Assembly (NCBI GenBank): GCA_963748015.1
Contig: CAVVHE010000009.1
Location: 192,001 to 256,000, forward strand
Direction: 5' to 3'
Source of the DNA: Terriglobia bacterium
GTDB taxonomy: Bacteria; Acidobacteriota; Polarisedimenticolia; Polarisedimenticolales; JAIQFR01
Length of the DNA: 64,000 bases
This document shows, piece by piece, positions 62,111 through 64,000 of this stretch. Made by a program: the position numbers and the translations under genes. The notes under the pieces were generated by a model. It was not told the DNA's origin. It made no database searches and was given only the letters and a program-made list of their open reading frames with translations. Every line of letters begins with the position of its first letter. Within the stretch, counting starts at the first letter, position 1.

Positions 62111-62756
62111 GATCCGCGTGCTGATCGCCGACGACCACGCGATGGTGCGGACCGGCTTGCGCGCCCTCCTCGACGCGCAGCCCGACATGGAGGTCGTCGG
62201 AGAAGCCGAGGATGGCCTCGTGGTCGAGACGCGCTGCCGGGAGCTCCTGCCCGACGTGGTCCTCATGGACCTCACGATGCCGGGGCGGGGCGGGATCGCC
62301 GCGGCGGCCGACGTCCGTCGCGCCAGCCCGCGGACGAGGATCATCGTGCTGACGATGCACGAGGACGAGGCTTACGTCCGCCTGGCCGCGAGCGCCGGCG
62401 TGGACGGATACGTCTTGAAGCGCGCGTTGGCGGAAGAGCTGGTGGCCGCGATACGCGACGTGCACGCCGGCGGGCGTCACGCGCCCCCGGAGCTTCGGCA
62501 GGCGTTCTTCCAGCCGGACCAGGAGCCGGAGGCCAAAGAAGGCCATCACGCGGGAGCGCAGGCGCTCACCGAGCGGGAGCGGGAGGTCGTCGGCCTGATC
62601 GCGCTCGGTTACACGAACGCGGAGATCGGCAAGAATCTGCACATCAGCGAGAAGACCGTCGAGACGCACCGGGCCAGGATCCTCTCGAGGCTGGGCTTGC
62701 GCACGAGGGCCGATCTCGTCCGCTTCGCGATAGAACATGGACTGATGAAGTCCTGA
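62103..62756 (+). CDS. NarL/LuxR-family response regulator
   Basis: IADDH, DVVLMD, GYVLK; LTEREREV...ISEKTVETHR HTH. Confidence 0.94.
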   Translation: MSKIRVLIADDHAMVRTGLRALLDAQPDMEVVGEAEDGLVVETRCRELLPDVVLMDLTMPGRGGIAAAADVRRASPRTRIIVLTMHEDEAYVRLAASAGVDGYVLKRALAEELVAAIRDVHAGGRHAPPELRQAFFQPDQEPEAKEGHHAGAQALTEREREVVGLIALGYTNAEIGKNLHISEKTVETHRARILSRLGLRTRADLVRFAIEHGLMKS

Positions 62757-62788
62757 TTGTGGCTCGCCCGCCTTCCCGCGACGCAGAA

Positions 62789-62833
62789 TCAGGGTTTTCC
62801 CCTACCCGCGGCCGGAACGAGTCACCGTATCTT
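62789..62833 (+). promoter_or_regulatory. Candidate response-regulator box and -10 element for the cytochrome gene
   Basis: Imperfect palindrome TCAGGGTTTTCCCCTA at 62789-62804; TATCTT at 62828-62833. Confidence 0.45.
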
Positions 62834-62864
62834 GACTCGGGGTCCCGGCACGGGAGGGTGGATC

Positions 62865-64000
62865 ATGGTGCGCGCGGTCCGTTGCCTTTCGAATCCTGCC
62901 TGTTTCTTCGTCGCCACGCTGCTGGCGGTCGGGACCGTGGCGCTCGCCGCGCCGACAGTGCCCACCGACATCCAGCAGCCGGGAACGCAGCCCGGAGAGG
63001 TGGGGGCGTTCACCTCCCCCGACAACTGCGACAACTGCCACGGCGGGATCACGCAGCCGACGAATCCCACGCTGGAGAAAGAACGCGAGCCCGGCTTCGG
63101 CTGGCGCGGCGGGATGATGGCAAACGCGGGCCGGGATCCCCTCTTCTGGGGGACCCTCGCGGTCGCCGAGCAGGATTTTCTCCCCGGTGCGGACCCGGCC
63201 CAGCGGGGCGGCGCCGGCGATCTTTGCATCCGTTGCCACAGCGTCGGCGGCTGGGTCGCCCAACGCTCGACGCCGACCGACGGTAGCGGCCTGAGCGCGA
63301 CCTCCGACAAGGACGGGGTCGAATGCGAGTTCTGCCACCTGCTCGTCAACCCCGACCCGCCGGTGAACGTCGCCGGATCGACGGAGACCTACAGCACGCC
63401 GTTCGAGCCCTTCGACCCCGCGCCGTCGAACGAGGCATACCGCGGCAGCGGCCAGTACGTTCTCAACGGAAACGGGACGCGGCTGGGCCCGTACAGCGAC
63501 GCGAACGCGAAGCACACCTTTCTCCAGTCGCCCTTCCATCGGCAGGCCGAGCTTTGCGGGACCTGCCACGACGTGAGCAACGCGGCCGTCGGCGACCTCG
63601 CCCACAACAACGGCACGCAGAACCTCCCGCTCGCCGCCGGGACGTTCAGCGGGATCCCCGGCTCTCCCGTGGCCGGGAAGGCCGCCTTCAACAACCCGCC
63701 GTACAAGTACGGGATGGTCGAGCGGACGTCGAGCGAGCACATCGCGGGCGCCTTCGACACCCTCCGCGTGAGCGACTTCTCGACGCTCCCCGCCGACCTC
63801 AAGGTCGCGGGCGGCTCGATCCAGAAGTCCTACCAGAAGGCAATGGACCAGACCGGGAATCCGGCGCGCCCCAACTACAAGGACGGGACGGTCCGCTACT
63901 ACACCTGCCAGACGTGCCACATGGCCGCATCCACGGGCCTCGGCTGCAACAAGGCTGGCACGCCGATTCGCGAGGACCTGCCGCGCCATGACCAGACCGG
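62865..64000 (+). CDS. Exported multiheme cytochrome c, 3'-truncated by the window edge
   Basis: GGGAGG RBS; signal peptide; five in-frame CxxCH motifs: CDNCH 63027, CIRCH 63225, CEFCH 63324, CGTCH 63555, CQTCH 63906. Confidence 0.9.
   Translation, partial: MVRAVRCLSNPACFFVATLLAVGTVALAAPTVPTDIQQPGTQPGEVGAFTSPDNCDNCHGGITQPTNPTLEKEREPGFGWRGGMMANAGRDPLFWGTLAVAEQDFLPGADPAQRGGAGDLCIRCHSVGGWVAQRSTPTDGSGLSATSDKDGVECEFCHLLVNPDPPVNVAGSTETYSTPFEPFDPAPSNEAYRGSGQYVLNGNGTRLGPYSDANAKHTFLQSPFHRQAELCGTCHDVSNAAVGDLAHNNGTQNLPLAAGTFSGIPGSPVAGKAAFNNPPYKYGMVERTSSEHIAGAFDTLRVSDFSTLPADLKVAGGSIQKSYQKAMDQTGNPARPNYKDGTVRYYTCQTCHMAASTGLGCNKAGTPIREDLPRHDQT

Overview
GC-rich (about 70% by eye) chromosomal window from a diderm bacterium; gene content suggests an Acidobacteriota-like lineage (inference only). 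About 49 genes; no rRNA, tRNA, CRISPR array or mobile element was recognised. From left to right: (1) 0-9.5 kb, envelope genes, including a 2037-aa single ORF joining an N-terminally anchored TamB/AsmA-type region to POTRA domains and an Omp85 (TamA/BamA-type) barrel. (2) 9.6-46 kb, a dense pH/ion/energy-homeostasis region: orphan TAXI binding protein, aspT, a multiply frameshifted phosphoketolase, an RND pump, ppk2, SulP, VIT1, K+ channel, nhaA, then aspA - small secreted protein - DASS - ansB - periodic AsmA protein - L-serine dehydratase with a twin-arginine signal - MFS, then Ca2+/H+ exchanger, YdiK and GDPD. (3) 46-54 kb, outer-membrane genes: tandem OmpW paralogues, a lipoprotein trio and a TonB-dependent receptor. 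(4) 54-64 kb, an XRE regulator operon with a visible operator, two TMTC-like GT-C/TPR proteins, a NarX/NarL-type two-component system and a truncated multiheme cytochrome c missing from the ORF track. The strongest novelty candidates are the TamB-Omp85 fusion and the Tat-signal Fe-S serine dehydratase within an ammonia-releasing deamination cluster. All family calls come from motif recognition by eye; no database search was run.
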